Shown one piece after another: positions 1 through 19,543 of a stretch of 64,000 nucleotides of DNA. The notes beneath the pieces were generated by a model that searched no databases, was not told where the DNA came from, and saw only the letters and a program-made list of their open reading frames with translations. The position numbers and the translations under genes were made by a program. Numbering within the stretch: position 1 is the stretch's first letter; each line of letters opens with the position of its first letter. This DNA is from Macrostomum lignano (Eukaryota), in assembly GCA_002269645.1 (NCBI GenBank), contig NIVC01001059.1:186001-250000 (forward strand). The letters are read 5' to 3'.

Positions 1-938
1 TTTATTAATACTTAAAAATTCTAAGCATTAGGAAGCAATGCAGACAAAATCTAGTATATACTATAGAAAAAAAGCATTTTAGGCAAAGTAAGCAAGAAAA
101 AATTAGCCAGTAATTTGCTTGCAGGCAATTCAATCATAGGCAAAATGCACTGTTGGCAAATCTTGGTGGAAAAATCTTGGCAGGCTAATCTTTTGCAAGC
201 AAATTTCAGTGGATAATTGAGTCATTAACTATGAATAATAGGGATATAAAACAAGTAGGTAATTGTAATTATACTATTATTATGCAGCTTGCAATTTTTG
301 TAGAATATTGATAACAATAGTTATATAATGAGAAAAGAAATCTTTTTCTATTATGTTAAATAATTGGTCATATTATCTCTACCTATAAAAATGAAAACTG
401 TGTCTGTCTGTAGACAAATTTGATCACTATGGACTCCCAAACTTCTTAACCAAATTATATCAAGTTAGCATCCACCCTAAACTCACTATGGAAAATGTCT
501 TAGGCTACCTTAAAATTTCCTCAACTCAAGTCTTTCTACTGCAAAAAAAACTACTCAAAATGCACATTTTTCACCAAATCCTCCATAGCGCCACTCCACT
601 TTTACCAATTGTCTTCAAATTTGACATAAACAATCTTGAACTATTTTGGCGCAATCATGTAAAATTTCAAGTCTTAAAGTTAATCTTGAATGGTGCTGTG
701 CACTTTTAAAGTTAGACTGTTTTTGTGAGCAAGGCAGCCACCCTAACTTCCACCTGCCTCTTTACCGATCTAGGCCCAGAGAGAGTTAATGGGTTTAAAA
801 ATAGACTATATACTCTATATATACCCCACTGAAATGGAGACTGAAATTGATCAATCAATAGCTAAACATTTTTGTTTATCCTAAAATTTGGCAAAACTTT
901 GCCAGTTCACGTCTTCAATCCTCAATCGTCCTCTGTAG

Positions 939-1032
939 CTCTGGTGCGGCAGAACAAGAAGCGCAGCAAGCAGAACGCTCGCCTCAAAGCGGCCGCGGCC
1001 AACAACAAGCTCGGCGGCAACACGAACAGAAG
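939..1032 (+). CDS. Probable upstream SRPK exon (LVRQNKKRSKQNARLK...)
   Basis: GC-rich island with acceptor ctgtag| at 938 and donor ag|gtaag at 1033. The basic peptide resembles the K/R-rich SRPK N-terminus. The acceptor linking it to the 1279 exon is not clearly identified. Confidence 0.55.
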
Positions 1033-1278
1033 GTAAGGCGAATTTTTATATTTTGCCTCCCCCCATCTCTATCCCAAGCTTCTACTGTCTATGGCCGGAC
1101 TTTGGCTGCCGCGGCCCAGAGCCGGCTTATAGTCAAGTCCTTAAAATGCTTCTGCATTGACAAAATCTACGAGAAACAAAGTGCTTTCGAGTCTGTCGCA
1201 CGGGAGACGGCGCACTTCATCGCTTCGAAAAGAAATAAATTTTAAAAACAAGCCGGAAGTGATAATCCACTGGCTTGG

Positions 1279-7439
<6,161 letters not shown>

Positions 7440-8173
7440 GATCGCCGCTCTGCGATGAAGCAGGAGGCTGTCCGCCTCATCTCCGTGTCTTCTCTCGCCC
7501 CCTCCCTAAGCCCGAAGTCTCGACGCCTTTCATCTTAATCTCGCTTTGCTGTCTGAAATTTTACCGCTATTTGCTGACCTTAGTACTGCTATAAGTAGCA
7601 CAATTTCGAATATTTCTTTCTCCTGCTACCCCGGCCCAGCAACCGGCAGTTTAGCTGGCTGGCGAGCCGCCCTCCCCGAAGTCGCAGTCGGTTTTGTTTC
7701 TATAAAAACTGCAGACGATTGCATAGAAATGACTGAATTTTCCTCGTCCAACATCCGCTTCTGTTCGATTGTTTTCCAAGGAGGTTTCTTTCAGTTACTC
7801 GCCTCGCACTGTCACCCCTCATCGCGCACTGCCCGCCCCGCCGCCGCTCAGTCAATCTGGATGCCAGTTCTTGGCCGCACTCGAGCATTCCCGCCCACAG
7901 CTGGGCGGCGGAACTTGGGGAGGCATTCCCTTAGCTAGTAGTGTAGGTAGGGTTTTTCGTGTTGCTTGCATTGGTTGCTACTATCAGCAGTTCCCGCCTG
8001 GACTTTCTGAGCTCTGAGCTTCGAGCACAGAAATTGAGAACTAACCAGAATTAGAATCTCAACAGGGATCGGATAGGCAGTTCCGGATCTGCTGGTGCCC
8101 AGGCGGGGGGGCTGGCCAGAGCCGCTCTCTGATTTCACCGCGATCTCAGTTCATTTTCACTTAATTTGCTGTC

Positions 8174-10930
8174 ACCCCGGCTGTTCTCAATCCCTGCGAC
8201 TCGCTCCCGCTCTGTTCTCAATCCCTGCGACTCGCTCCCTGCCCCCCTGGCTGCTCTCAATCCCTGCGACTCGCTCCCTGCCCCCCTGGCTGCTCTCAAT
8301 CCCTGCGACTCGCTCCCTGCCCCCCTGGCTGCTCTCAATCCCTGCGACTCGCTCCCTGCCCCCTCTGGCTGCTCTCAATCCCTGCGACTCGCTCCCTGCC
8401 CCCCTGGCTGCTCTCAATCCCTGCGACTCGCTCCCGCTCTGTTCTCAATCCCTGCGACTCGCTCCCTGCCCCCTCTGGCTGCTCTCAATCCCTGCGACTC
8501 GCTCCCTGCCCCCTCTGGCTGCTCTCAATCCCTGCGACTCGCTCCCTGCCCCCCTGGCTGCTCTCAATCCCTGCGACTCGCTCCCTGCCCCCCTGGCTGC
8601 TCTCAATCCCTGCGACTCGCTCCCTGCCCCCCTGGCTGCTCTCAATCCCTGCGACTCGCTCCCTGCCCCCCTGGCTGCTCTCAATCCCTGCGACTCGCTC
8701 CCTGCCCCCTGGCTGCTCTCAATCCCTGCGACTCGCTCCCTGCCCCCCTGGCTGCTCTCAATCCCTGCGACTCGCTCCCTGCCCCCCTGGCTGCTCTCAA
8801 TCCCTGCGACTCGCTCCCCCCTCTGGCTGTTCTCAATCCCTGCGACTCGCTCCCCCCTCTGGCTGTTCTCAATCCCTGCGACTCGCTCCCCCTCTGGCTG
8901 TTCTCAATCCCTGCGACTCGCTCCCCCTCTGGCTGTTCTCAATCCCTGCGACTCGCTCCCCCTCTGTTCTCAATCCCTGCGACTCGCTCCCCCTCTGGCT
9001 GTTCTCAATCCCTGCGACTCGCTCCCCCTCTGGCTGTTCTCAATCCCTGCGACTCGCTCCCCCTCTGTTCTCAATCCCTGCGACTCGCTCCCCCTCTGGC
9101 TGTTCTCAATCCCTGCGACTCGCTCCCCCCTCTGTTCTCAATCCCTGCGACTCGCTCCCCCCTCTGGCTGCTCTCAATCCCTGCGACTCGCTCCCCCCTC
9201 TGGCTGTTCTCAATCCCTGCGACTCGCTCCCCCTCTGTTCTCAATCCCTGCGACTCGCTCCCCCTCTGTTCTCAATCCCTGCGACTCGCTCCCTGCCCCC
9301 CTGGCTGCTCTCAATCCCTGCGACTCGCTCCCTGCCCCCTCTGGCTGTTCTCAATCCCTGCGACTCGCTCCCTGCCCCCTCTGGCTGTTCTCAATCCCTG
9401 CGACTCGCTCCCCCCTCTGGCTGTTCTCAATCCCTGCGACTCGCTCCCCCTCTGGCTGTTCTCAATCCCTGCGACTCGCTCCCCCTCTGGCTGTTCTCAA
9501 TCCCTGCGACTCGCTCCCTGCCCCCCTGGCTGCTCTCAATCCCTGCGACTCGCTCCCTGCCCCCCTGGCTGCTCTCAATCCCTGCGACTCGCTCCCTGCC
9601 CCCTGGCTGCTCTCAATCCCTGCGACTCGCTCCCTGCCCCCCTGGCTGCTCTCAATCCCTGCGACTCGCTCCCTGCCCCCCTGGCTGCTCTCAATCCCTG
9701 CGACTCGCTCCCTGCCCCCCTGGCTGCTCTCAATCCCTGCGACTCGCTCCCTGCCCCCTCTGGCTGTTCTCAATCCCTGCGACTCGCTCCCCCCTCTGGC
9801 TGTTCTCAATCCCTGCGACTCGCTCCCCCTCTGGCTGTTCTCAATCCCTGCGACTCGCTCCCCCTCTGGCTGTTCTCAATCCCTGCGACTCGCTCCCCCT
9901 CTGGCTGTTCTCAATCCCTGCGACTCGCTCCCCCTCTGGCTGTTCTCAATCCCTGCGACTCGCTCCCCCCTCTGTTCTCAATCCCTGCGACTCGCTCCCC
10001 CCTCTGGCTGCTCTCAATCCCTGCGACTCGCTCCCCCCTCTGGCTGTTCTCAATCCCTGCGACTCGCTCCCCCTCTGGCTGTTCTCAATCCCTGCGACTC
10101 GCTCCCCCCTCTGTTCTCAATCCCTGCGACTCGCTCCCCCCTCTGGCTGCTCTCAATCCCTGCGACTCGCTCCCCCTTTGTTCTCAATCCCTGCGACTCG
10201 CTCCCCCTCTGTTCTCAATCCCTGCGACTCGCTCCCCCTCTGTTCTCAATCCCTGCGACTCGCTCCCTGCCCCCCCCCCCCCATCTGTACTCAATCCCTG
10301 CGACTCGCTCCCTGCCCCCCCGGCTGCTCTCAATCCCTGCGACTCGCTCCCTGCCCCCTCTGGCTGCTCTCAATCCCTGCGACTCGCTCCCTGCCCCCCC
10401 CCCCCGGCTGCTCTCAATCCCTGCGACTCGCTCCCTGCCCCCCCCCGGCTGCTCTCAATCCCTGCGACTCGCTCCCCCTCTGGCTGTTCTCAATCCCTGC
10501 GACTCGCTCCCCCCTCTGGCTGCTCTCAATCCCTGCGACTCGCTCCCCCTTTGTTCTCAATCTCTACGACTCGCTCCCCCCTCTGTTCTCAATCCCAGCG
10601 ACTCGCTCCCCCCTCTGTTCTCAATCCCTGCGACTCGCTCCCTGCCCCCCCCGGCTGCTCTCAATCCCTGCGACTCGCTCCCTGCCCCCCCCCCCCGGCT
10701 GCTCTCAATCCCTGCGACTCGCTCCCTGCCCCCCCCTCTGTACTCAATCCCTGCGACTCGCTCCCTGCCCCCCGGCTGCTCTCAATCCCTGCGACTCGCT
10801 CCCTGCCCCCCCCCCCGGCTGCTCTCAATCCCTGCGACTCGCTCCCTGCCCCCCCCGGCTGCTCTCAATCCCTGCGACTCGCTCCCTGCCCCCCCCCGGC
10901 TGCTCTCAATCCCTGCGACTCGCTCCCTGC
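8174..10930. repeat. Large minisatellite, about 30-45-bp variable units, about 2.75 kb
   Basis: Near-invariant core ctcaatccctgcgactcgctccc with a variable C-rich linker. It explains the spurious 1005-aa and 925-aa ORFs. Confidence 0.97.
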
Positions 10931-13079
10931 CCAGTGTGTCTGACCAAAAATTTTACTTGTTTTTCTTGCATTGCTTTCGTGTAGCAGCAGAGACCAGCAG
11001 CTTTGATTGTTCTGTTCGGCGCACTCCGCTGTCTCCCCCGGCGCACCTTGACTCGAATATGGCATTTTCCGTTCTCCGAAGGCTTCAAGGCGTGGGGGAG
11101 AAGATTTTTTAATTGGCACACAGCCGGGTCTGCCCGGCCTCTCTTTTTGCTCCTGTTTTTTACTCCCTCGGATCTGAGGCGGCGCTCTGGTTAAGCAACT
11201 CAGCAAAGTGCTCTCTGTGTCAGGAGCGAGCAGTGATTTCTTAATGCATATATTATTTATTTAATCTATGCACGCATATATATTTACATATTACTGTGTT
11301 CCCGCAGTCCCTTTTCATTTTCTACCCACTTAGCTCTCTCTATCGAACAGACAACTTTGTTAGCTAGACAAACAAGTGAGCCGCGACGATTGTGAAATTA
11401 TTAATAAACTGATGAATCATCAAAACTCAAGCTTTCACCTTTGACTCTGTGCTTTGCTTTTTTTAGTGAGCAAGTGGCAAAATGATTTTTCTGTCAGTAG
11501 TATCAGACGCGCATCCATGCAAAAAAATGGGACACTGGGGAACTCAAATGTTTACAGGAAGGCTGTGGGGCGCCCTGACCAATGACGACCCACAAAAAGC
11601 GGTGTGGCGTTTCTGGCTCTGAGTGCACTGGCTGGCACGCAGACGGTGAACAGCAGCCTTGACTCTAATAGTCAGCCATGTACACTCGGTGCCTTCGTGG
11701 CGCTGTAAATCGTCAGACAACCTCCGGACAAATTTTTGACCTGCTTACCGAACGGCAGGCAGACCATTACATGGGACGGGCCATGTTTGCGGAGTTATTA
11801 AGTCTACTTGCCTAATTAACCTACATAAATGATAAGTGCTACATGCTTTTCAAGAGCGCTGAATGTGCGGTGAGCAAACAACGGGTGTTCCCATTGCATG
11901 CATGTAGGCATGCACCAGTGCAAGTGTGGAATACTGTACATTCTCTGAGTCACTTGGTGATTTTTAGATGACAGAAGATGATGCAGGTTACATGGGGTCG
12001 TCATCACTCCGAAAACTGGGCGTTACTTTGTGATATTTCGGGTTCATGATGCAAAGCGATTTCCGGAGTTGTGATTTTTCGGGTTTGTTACAGCTTGCAG
12101 CCACAGCATTCATGTCAATCTACCTGCAGCACATGCAGTGTGGTCCTTGAGCACATATCCATCAATCGACCTACGCACACACATCCATCCCCTGCACACG
12201 CCCATCAATCCACTGCACACATTAGCGCAATGATTACCCTGGCATAATCCCAGTGATGATTTGAGTGACAACCCAATGAAAACAAAGCAAATGGCTTGAT
12301 CTGTCCTTGGCTCAAACTATTTTCCCGCTGGTAATTGCATTTTGTTTCTCGGAAAAAAACGAAATTCTAAGGCTAAAAAATAAAAAATGATTTTTGTTAA
12401 AAACGTATTTAATTTAAAATGTCGAGTGTTCACATGCACACATGGACGTGAGCCGATGCACTAAAATTCTGCTATCAAGCAAAGTTACCAGTGGCGACAG
12501 TGTTATTGGTAAAAAATAACGCATAAGCGAAGTGGGAGTTTTCAGTTTATCACTAAAGTACAATAAAGAAACGGATTTACAAAGAATTATTTCGCCATTG
12601 GCGAATTCGGACGAGAAAATTGTGGGCTTGATACTTTACTTATAGTAAAAATAGCAGAATATTACCGGTATAAAATTATTTAAAATTAACTTTTGTTAGA
12701 TAACTCTGCTAGTAGCAGCCATAAAGGAAAATTTGTTAATTGATAATACGTTGATAAAATGTCCTGTGCAGTCATTGTAAAAATAATAATAGTTCTTAAT
12801 TTAGTCCTTTGCAATTCGGAAATTCCATGTAAAAAAGGGTGACATGCTCTTATTGGGACTCGAGTGCTACGAGAGTGTAGTATATAATATTAACTCTTCC
12901 TAACTCGCTAATGCATTCATTCTACTGCCAAAACTGCATGGTCTTCAACAAAGTTTGCAGCATTTTCGAGTTCAGCAGCCTACTTGACTTCTCCGCAGTA
13001 CCTACACTCTATATAAAAAAAACATGCATCGATCGATCCAACTGAAAACTTTAGCATACGTTTTTGCTTTTCAAATCAA

Positions 13080-14225
13080 TCAAGATTCGAGTCCGGGCTC
13101 GTTCTGACCGCGGATTTCCGTCACCGCCGACCGGTCCGGCAGCTCCGGCTGGCCGCCGCCGCTGATCTCCGCCGCTTCGCCGGCGCCGCGGATCGACACC
13201 CGTCGGGCGTGCCAGACGTGTAGGCGGAGGCTGTTCGCAGCTTTGCGCAGCACCCGGCGCAGGCCGGCATTGAAGGCGACGGTGATGCACGGCACCGCGG
13301 CCGAGCTCACGAAGAAGCAATAGTACAGTGTGAAGTCCATGCCCATGGCCAGCATGTTGTCCAGCACCATGGGCATAAGGCTGACGAACTGCACCAGGTT
13401 GCCCAGCACCAGGCCCAGCAGGGGCCATCGGGTCTGCTCCAGCGAGCCGCGCTGCCTCCCCTGCCCCTGCCCAGCTCCGGGTGGCGCGGACCGGGCGCGC
13501 ATCAGCAGCAGCGCCGCCGTGCCGGCGTAGGCGCCCAGGGACAGCAGGTAGCTGGCGATGGACACGATCGCCTTGGTGACGGTGTTCACCCGGCTGTATT
13601 CGGCCATCAGATCGCAAGCTGCCGCGGTCGTGGCGGCGCGCATGACGCCAATCCAGCGCCAGGCCTGCAGCGCCAGCTCGGCGGATGCCATGGCAACCAG
13701 GCCGGCAGCGAAGATCAAACGGACTTTGCGGCGGCTCCAGCGCGCGCTGGCCGGGGCCGCGATGGCCAGCAGCCGGTCGAGGGCCAGCAGGCCGTAGACG
13801 TAGATCTCAGCCCCGATGGCGAAGTCGCGGAGGCTGAGCACCAGCCTCAGGAAGGTCACCCGCCGTAGGTCGAAGCCGTTCTCCGTCTCGGCATGCCAGT
13901 GGACGCTGACGAGCCGCTGTCCGGTGGTCCGGTTGTGGTAGCCGACGCCGATGCGGAACAGCAGCGCGAGCAGCAGGCCGGCCTCAGCCAGTTCGCACCA
14001 GCTGAGCGCCAGCGTCAGGAAGCGAAAGCTGCGCCTCTGGATGGCGCTGGGCCGGCGGGCCAGCAGCCCGATGATGAAGCTGTTGCCGGCCAGGGCCACT
14101 GCGCAGATCACGGCGTAGATGACGAAGAAGGTGGCGCCTGTGGCGGCCCGGCCGCGGTACTGGTAGGCGGGACACGCGTCCGGCTCCCCAGAGGTGTTCA
14201 TGACGCGCGCTGGCGGCTGCGTCAT
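13080..14225 (-). CDS. Rhodopsin-class orphan GPCR, 381 aa, intronless CDS
   Basis: About seven hydrophobic segments. TM1 VALAGNSFII, TM3 end LLALDRLLAI (DRY variant). Acceptor ccgcccccag| lies 5 nt before the ATG. Confidence 0.8.
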   Translation of the reverse strand: MTQPPARVMNTSGEPDACPAYQYRGRAATGATFFVIYAVICAVALAGNSFIIGLLARRPSAIQRRSFRFLTLALSWCELAEAGLLLALLFRIGVGYHNRTTGQRLVSVHWHAETENGFDLRRVTFLRLVLSLRDFAIGAEIYVYGLLALDRLLAIAAPASARWSRRKVRLIFAAGLVAMASAELALQAWRWIGVMRAATTAAACDLMAEYSRVNTVTKAIVSIASYLLSLGAYAGTAALLLMRARSAPPGAGQGQGRQRGSLEQTRWPLLGLVLGNLVQFVSLMPMVLDNMLAMGMDFTLYYCFFVSSAAVPCITVAFNAGLRRVLRKAANSLRLHVWHARRVSIRGAGEAAEISGGGQPELPDRSAVTEIRGQNEPGLES

Positions 14226-17200
14226 CTTGGCTGGGGGCGGGAAGTGCGATCAGATCCCTCAAGGTAGAAGAATAAGTGCAGCGCGGCTGTCTGCTTATCA
14301 ACCCGGCCCACCCGCCTCCTTGCACTGCAGCCAACCAGCCGAGTCCTGGCGGGAGGAAATGCCAGGCAAGCGGTTCCGTCCATGGCTTGTTCCGAATTCG
14401 GCGACTTCCTTGCTGGCAGCTCCGAGAGCTTACGGCAGCAGCCTTCGAGATGGGGAGCCGAGATTCCAATCCTGCTGCGTGTTTCTGTGCAGCTGGATTT
14501 GCACTTTTAGCTGGTGGAACTGCGCGCAGTTGAAGTGAATTTGCATCACTGCCGAGCTGCAGGGGGCAGCCGCATGGCTGCTCGACAACAAAAACTGCAG
14601 CGCAGAAATTCAAGAAAATTTATTGTCTCTAACTGAATCAGCTGAAGGAAGGAACTGCTGTGGCGGTGGCTGCATGAAACATTCTGAGAGGAATCTGAAT
14701 CACACCATGCTGCATGGAGGCTGGAGCCTACCGGCGAGTCACTCCTCCGTTCACGAAATTCCTCCCGAACTCAAGTGGCTACCTTTCAAATTGTAGTTGT
14801 AGGCCGACTCAACAAGTGAATTTAATATCAAACTTGATACCCTCCCTCTGTATGCAAGCAGAAAACTTAACTGGCCAGCAAAACAGCCCCATACAGTCGC
14901 TGTCGGAGTCCTACACAAGGGTGCCTGAAGTCAGACATGGACTCCTAGGTGCTTGCCTTAAATATAGTCGTCCATGAGTCAGACACCGCATTGCGGCTTA
15001 TATAGAACGGATGACTCACTTCTGGCCGGTCCAGCCCCTTCACTGAACTGACTGCTTACTCAGAGAATAAAGAGAGCAGTTGGGGGCAGGTGTTACACAG
15101 CAATCGCTCTGGATCTTTGTCCCTGAGACTGAGATCCCAACTGACTGCCCCCATTCGGCTCTTTGCATCCTAGGATTTCAGAGTTGTTGGATCCAACAGC
15201 TCTGCTTCATCTGCTTAGCTTTCTGCGTCCTGAAAATAAAATCAATAGTTTGCTTCATCTTAAGCAATATTTATCACCTCGAAACAGGAGTGAATCACCG
15301 AATTTCTTACATTCACTTACTTTATGTTGACGCTCAGGTGCGTATTTCGAAATCCACGCAAAATTTGTAGTACAGGGTAGCAAGCGGAATTGAATTCGTA
15401 AGATTGCTCACAGCGCTTGCTTGCTTGCTTACTATACTACTTACAGTACAGTTGCATCAGACTGAAGCCAAGCTGGTTTATTCCAATTGATGTCAAAATC
15501 CTTATTTCAGGATCCTTAACTGAAATGAAGTCTGTACATACAGTCGCAGACAGCCAGTGTACAGCAAGCTTGGCCAGATGTGGGCATTTGCAACTCCCAC
15601 CCTTGTATTATTTTTTCTAATTTGACTGGCAGCTTTTTTATTTTCTCATGCAAAGCTCAGACTAGATTTTTCGTTAATAAATGCTAGTACTTGTTAGCTC
15701 CAGCTCAGCTCAGTAGCCACTTGTCCGCATTTCCGTTCCGTACAAAGTACAATCGAGTCGAAACACACCAAGTTACGACGTAAAGTCTTCGACTAATTAA
15801 CCTATAGCAAGTACGTTTTAAATACAGGGTATATGCAGTCCAGAGAATTCTTATATCGTAAATTTGTGCCTCAGTAAAAATCGAACTTAAGCCTAAGGTC
15901 TTTTGTGATTGTGGTAAGCTAAGCTGCCGATTCCAGGCAAGTCTAGTGGAAGAAATATAGGCCTAGCCTAGTTCCATACAAGAATGCATTCCGTTTGAAC
16001 TATTATAGTAAGTAAGGTGACTGCTTATTACCAAACCGTAGGCTTAACGCTTAATGTCTTAACAGTTTGGCTGACGAGACTACAATGGTAATTCCCTAGC
16101 CTACGAAACGTAGGTACGATTTAGCCTACCAACCAAGTGATTGGCTTCTAATTTTATTCAGTCACTTAGCGGCTTAGCCTTAGCCCTTCATATTCTCTGG
16201 TTAAGAACAACAGATTTAATTAACTATTTATTTAATTTATTAAGGTTTCAACAACACTCAATAGTAGCCTAGTCCTTGGTCACTGTCAAGCCTAGTCTAG
16301 TCCTAGATCAAGTCAAGGCCAAAGACAAAGGCTTTAACTGTATTCCAAGCTGGTTTTATTTATTGTGCGATAGGGATGCTTTCAAAATCCCATCCTCAAA
16401 TTAGACCTTGGATGCGATTATTGCATCTTGGTGCTCATGAAAAAACCTAGATCTATGCCAGATTTTCCATCTCCATTCTATACTTACCTTTGAAGGCTTA
16501 GCCTTAAGTCCTATGAAATGGATTGTCATTAAGATCTACAGAACATATACCGCCTAATTTTACAACTATAAAAAACAAAACTTATATTGTAAGTAGAGCA
16601 GAGCAGAACCATGTTTTTACTATTATAAGTAAGCATTTATTGAAGTTCAATACGTACAATTCAAAATATATAAAATGTAAATGTAAAAAACCTCAAAACC
16701 TAGGTCTAGGATGTATAGTATCACTAATTCACTATCACTATCAGTATCTACTTATTTTAAAAACGCAAGGCCAGGACCAGGGGCAAACGATGCATATGGA
16801 GGCATGATTTGTTCCAAGCAGGGCTGTGATACATGATACGACTTTGTCGCACAGCCAGCAGAAACAAGTGTAGCTCCAATATTCCATTTTAGTTAGGTAC
16901 AAGTACAACGCGCAGCACAAATCGGGATAGACAGCAAAGCCGGATAATCCAAGTCAGCACAAAAGACGGGGTATTGAGCTGCGCTTTAATCTGCATCTCA
17001 CTACCCATGTCTTTCATGTAGACAAGGAACCAATTTCAGATATTTATACTTACTTTTGGAGAACAAGATGAAAATGTCCTCACCACGTGACTAAGCGGAA
17101 AAGCAACGAATTCCGATGCAAGCGGATAGGTTTTCAAGACTTATTTTTGGAACGCAAGGGCAATGAAAACGGAATAAAGAAACATAAAACTCACAACAAA

Positions 17201-18160
17201 AAGACGACTACAGTAGAGTTAAAACAAAAATGTACATTTTTTCGGTAAGAGATTTTCAAATATCATATTAATACTTAACAATTTTTTTAAAATTAAATTT
17301 TTTTAATAAACTTTAGTTAGCTACTTAGGCATTTATACTTTTCTTAGAAGGAAGGTAAAGATATACTGTGCCATTGAGCGTTCCGTGACATCCGTGAGTT
17401 ACAATTGGATGCTTTAAAGTGTTCCTGTGAATTCCGTGCATCAAATCAAGTCAGTCAGTAATGGGAAACCAGCCTTAAAGTATAATCACATTGCGTAGGA
17501 ATTTTACGCAATAATAAAATCCACTAATGGTTTAAGTTATTGGTTAGCATTTATGAGTTCAAGTCCAGTCCGTTCTGTTTTAACTGAAAGATTTTATCGC
17601 TTGACTATTAGAATAATTTGACAGTTTGTCGACCCATGCTCTTAATAATCTTCTTATATAGATTATTAAAATCGTTGAATCTATTTATTATTTAATTGCT
17701 CTTTCAACGCTTCGAAGATGACTATAATTGGTTCAACGGCATTTAAATTAATACTGGCCTGTCAGTGCTGTAACTAAAGATGTTTAACACATGTAAATGA
17801 TGTATGCACATGTATCAAAAAACTTGTACGACGGGGAAAATTTTCTTTGAAGCTTATGGCTCTACGTAAGGCGTGGGCAGGGTTGGTTGACGACTCAATG
17901 GACCGACTACATATGTAACTGTACATACATGTATATATGTATAGATACGACGACGCGCGAGCTCCAAGCTGCAGGCTGTTTTTATAAAAATTTATTCGGT
18001 CTGATCCGATATGGTCTAGAACTTTTCATTTTCAACAATAGCGATATATTTTTATTGAAAGATCAATAGCTCAGTGATATTTTGATAAATTATATTTTTG
18101 CTGCATATTTTAAACCGTTTTTAGGCCTATTTATATTATAGTAGGCCTAAGTGCTTTTAA

Positions 18161-18740
18161 TACGAGGGGTGTCCCAAAAGTTCCCGGAATCTTTGCTCTA
18201 GCTCCTCAGTACCTTGACCAATTTTTGTTTTATGTGTCAAACTAGAGATAATTTTTCAACAAAAAACTTGTTATTTAAATTTCCTTTCTATCTGGTTTCG
18301 GTTTTGAGTTACACTAAGAAATGTGAATTGGAAGATCAACACAACATCTAGATCTAATGTCTGTGGTGTCCTTTTTCCATCATCAATTTTTTGCAAAATT
18401 CAACTTTGAATTTGTCAGAAAGATGTAGAAACGTCTATGGATGAAACCAGTAAAAATGACTGATCAGATCTAGTGGTGCCAGCGCTTGCTTATTCCATAC
18501 CAAGTGCTTGCTTTTCGCTAAAGGTTTAAATATGAGTTCTCTCCATAGCCTTTGAGTCAGCGGAGTCAAGTTTTTCGCCCCTGTGGTCTGCAGGATGGAG
18601 TGGATCCAAAATTGCCAATCATCTTTTCTCAATCCACGGTGAGAACAGCATTAAGAAAACAGCTATTTAATGATGGATACAACGGTTCAAGGATGGCCAG
18701 TCCACTTTGAATGACCAGCAGCCACGCTCTTGCCGCCCCC
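18161..18740 (+). mobile_element. Tc1/mariner remnant (one TIR plus decayed transposase N-terminus)
   Basis: TA followed by cgaggggtgtcccaaaagtt (mariner-type TIR). Downstream decayed frame reads HLFSIHGENSIKKTAI**WIQRFKDGQSTLNDQQPRSCRP, matching the mariner HTH pattern W..RF..G..S..D..RSGRP. No second TIR found. Confidence 0.6.
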
Positions 18741-19543
18741 ACAGCAGGGCGTTTTTTTAGAGCTAATACACTGCTGAAATAAATTGCTGTGGGGCTCTAT
18801 CAAGTCATTTAAGTAGTTATTGGCCTAGGATAAGTTATGATTTTTTATTTTCCTAAGAATTGGAAATTAGAAAAATGAGCAATAAGACAGGTAACGGAAT
18901 ATTTAAAGATCAGCTAAATATTTCTTAAAGATTGATATGGCTTCCACGATACATGATTAATTTACTCATTGTTTAAATGTACATGTACAATTATAAACGA
19001 AGTGTCCGGCCCACTTGTTTTGTTTTTCAATTCAACTATTTTGCATTCACTAAATGTACACAGCTACGATGTGCCTACTAAGTATGAATTCTTATCAGAA
19101 AAGTAGCTCCGTCTCTCCATCCACGTAAGTAATGCTATACTGCTCAAGCACATCCACCTCTACTGCTTTGAACAGTGCATACGTAGTTTGAATTCAGGCT
19201 CTCTTAGAGTTCAGCAAGCCACATCCGCGTACATCATGCACGTTGTTAAGCATTGAGAAATAATCGAAAGCAAGAATTCCGATGCATATTTTGCTGCAGG
19301 AGTCTAACAGCAAATATGAAACGTCAAAAACAAGGCAGGATGAGCTTTGAGATATATAATAATTGTATAATATTAATTCTAGTACAGTTTGCATTCGTAC
19401 AGAGCTCCGCAATGCACTGCCCAATGGCCAAACATTACTTTCCCAACCGCATCTCAGACCACCAGCTCTTGGCGTTAAAAAAGGAAATTATAAAAAGCAA
19501 ACAAGCGCAGAATTGAATGCGGAAGTCCGGAGCAGCTGCGGCC

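Noticed and set aside
8095-11112. 1005-aa and 925-aa ORFs
   Set aside because: They lie wholly within a stop-free minisatellite with shifting frames, and the peptides are repeat translations. The same applies to the ORFs at 20785-21263, 34537-35454, 36327-37632 and 61475-62515.
11820-12290. Cys-rich decayed minus-strand frames (GPHCMCCR*ID..., SIDGYV) suggesting a transposon-protein remnant
   Set aside because: The motifs are too short and inconsistent to assign, and no TIR or TSD pair was found.
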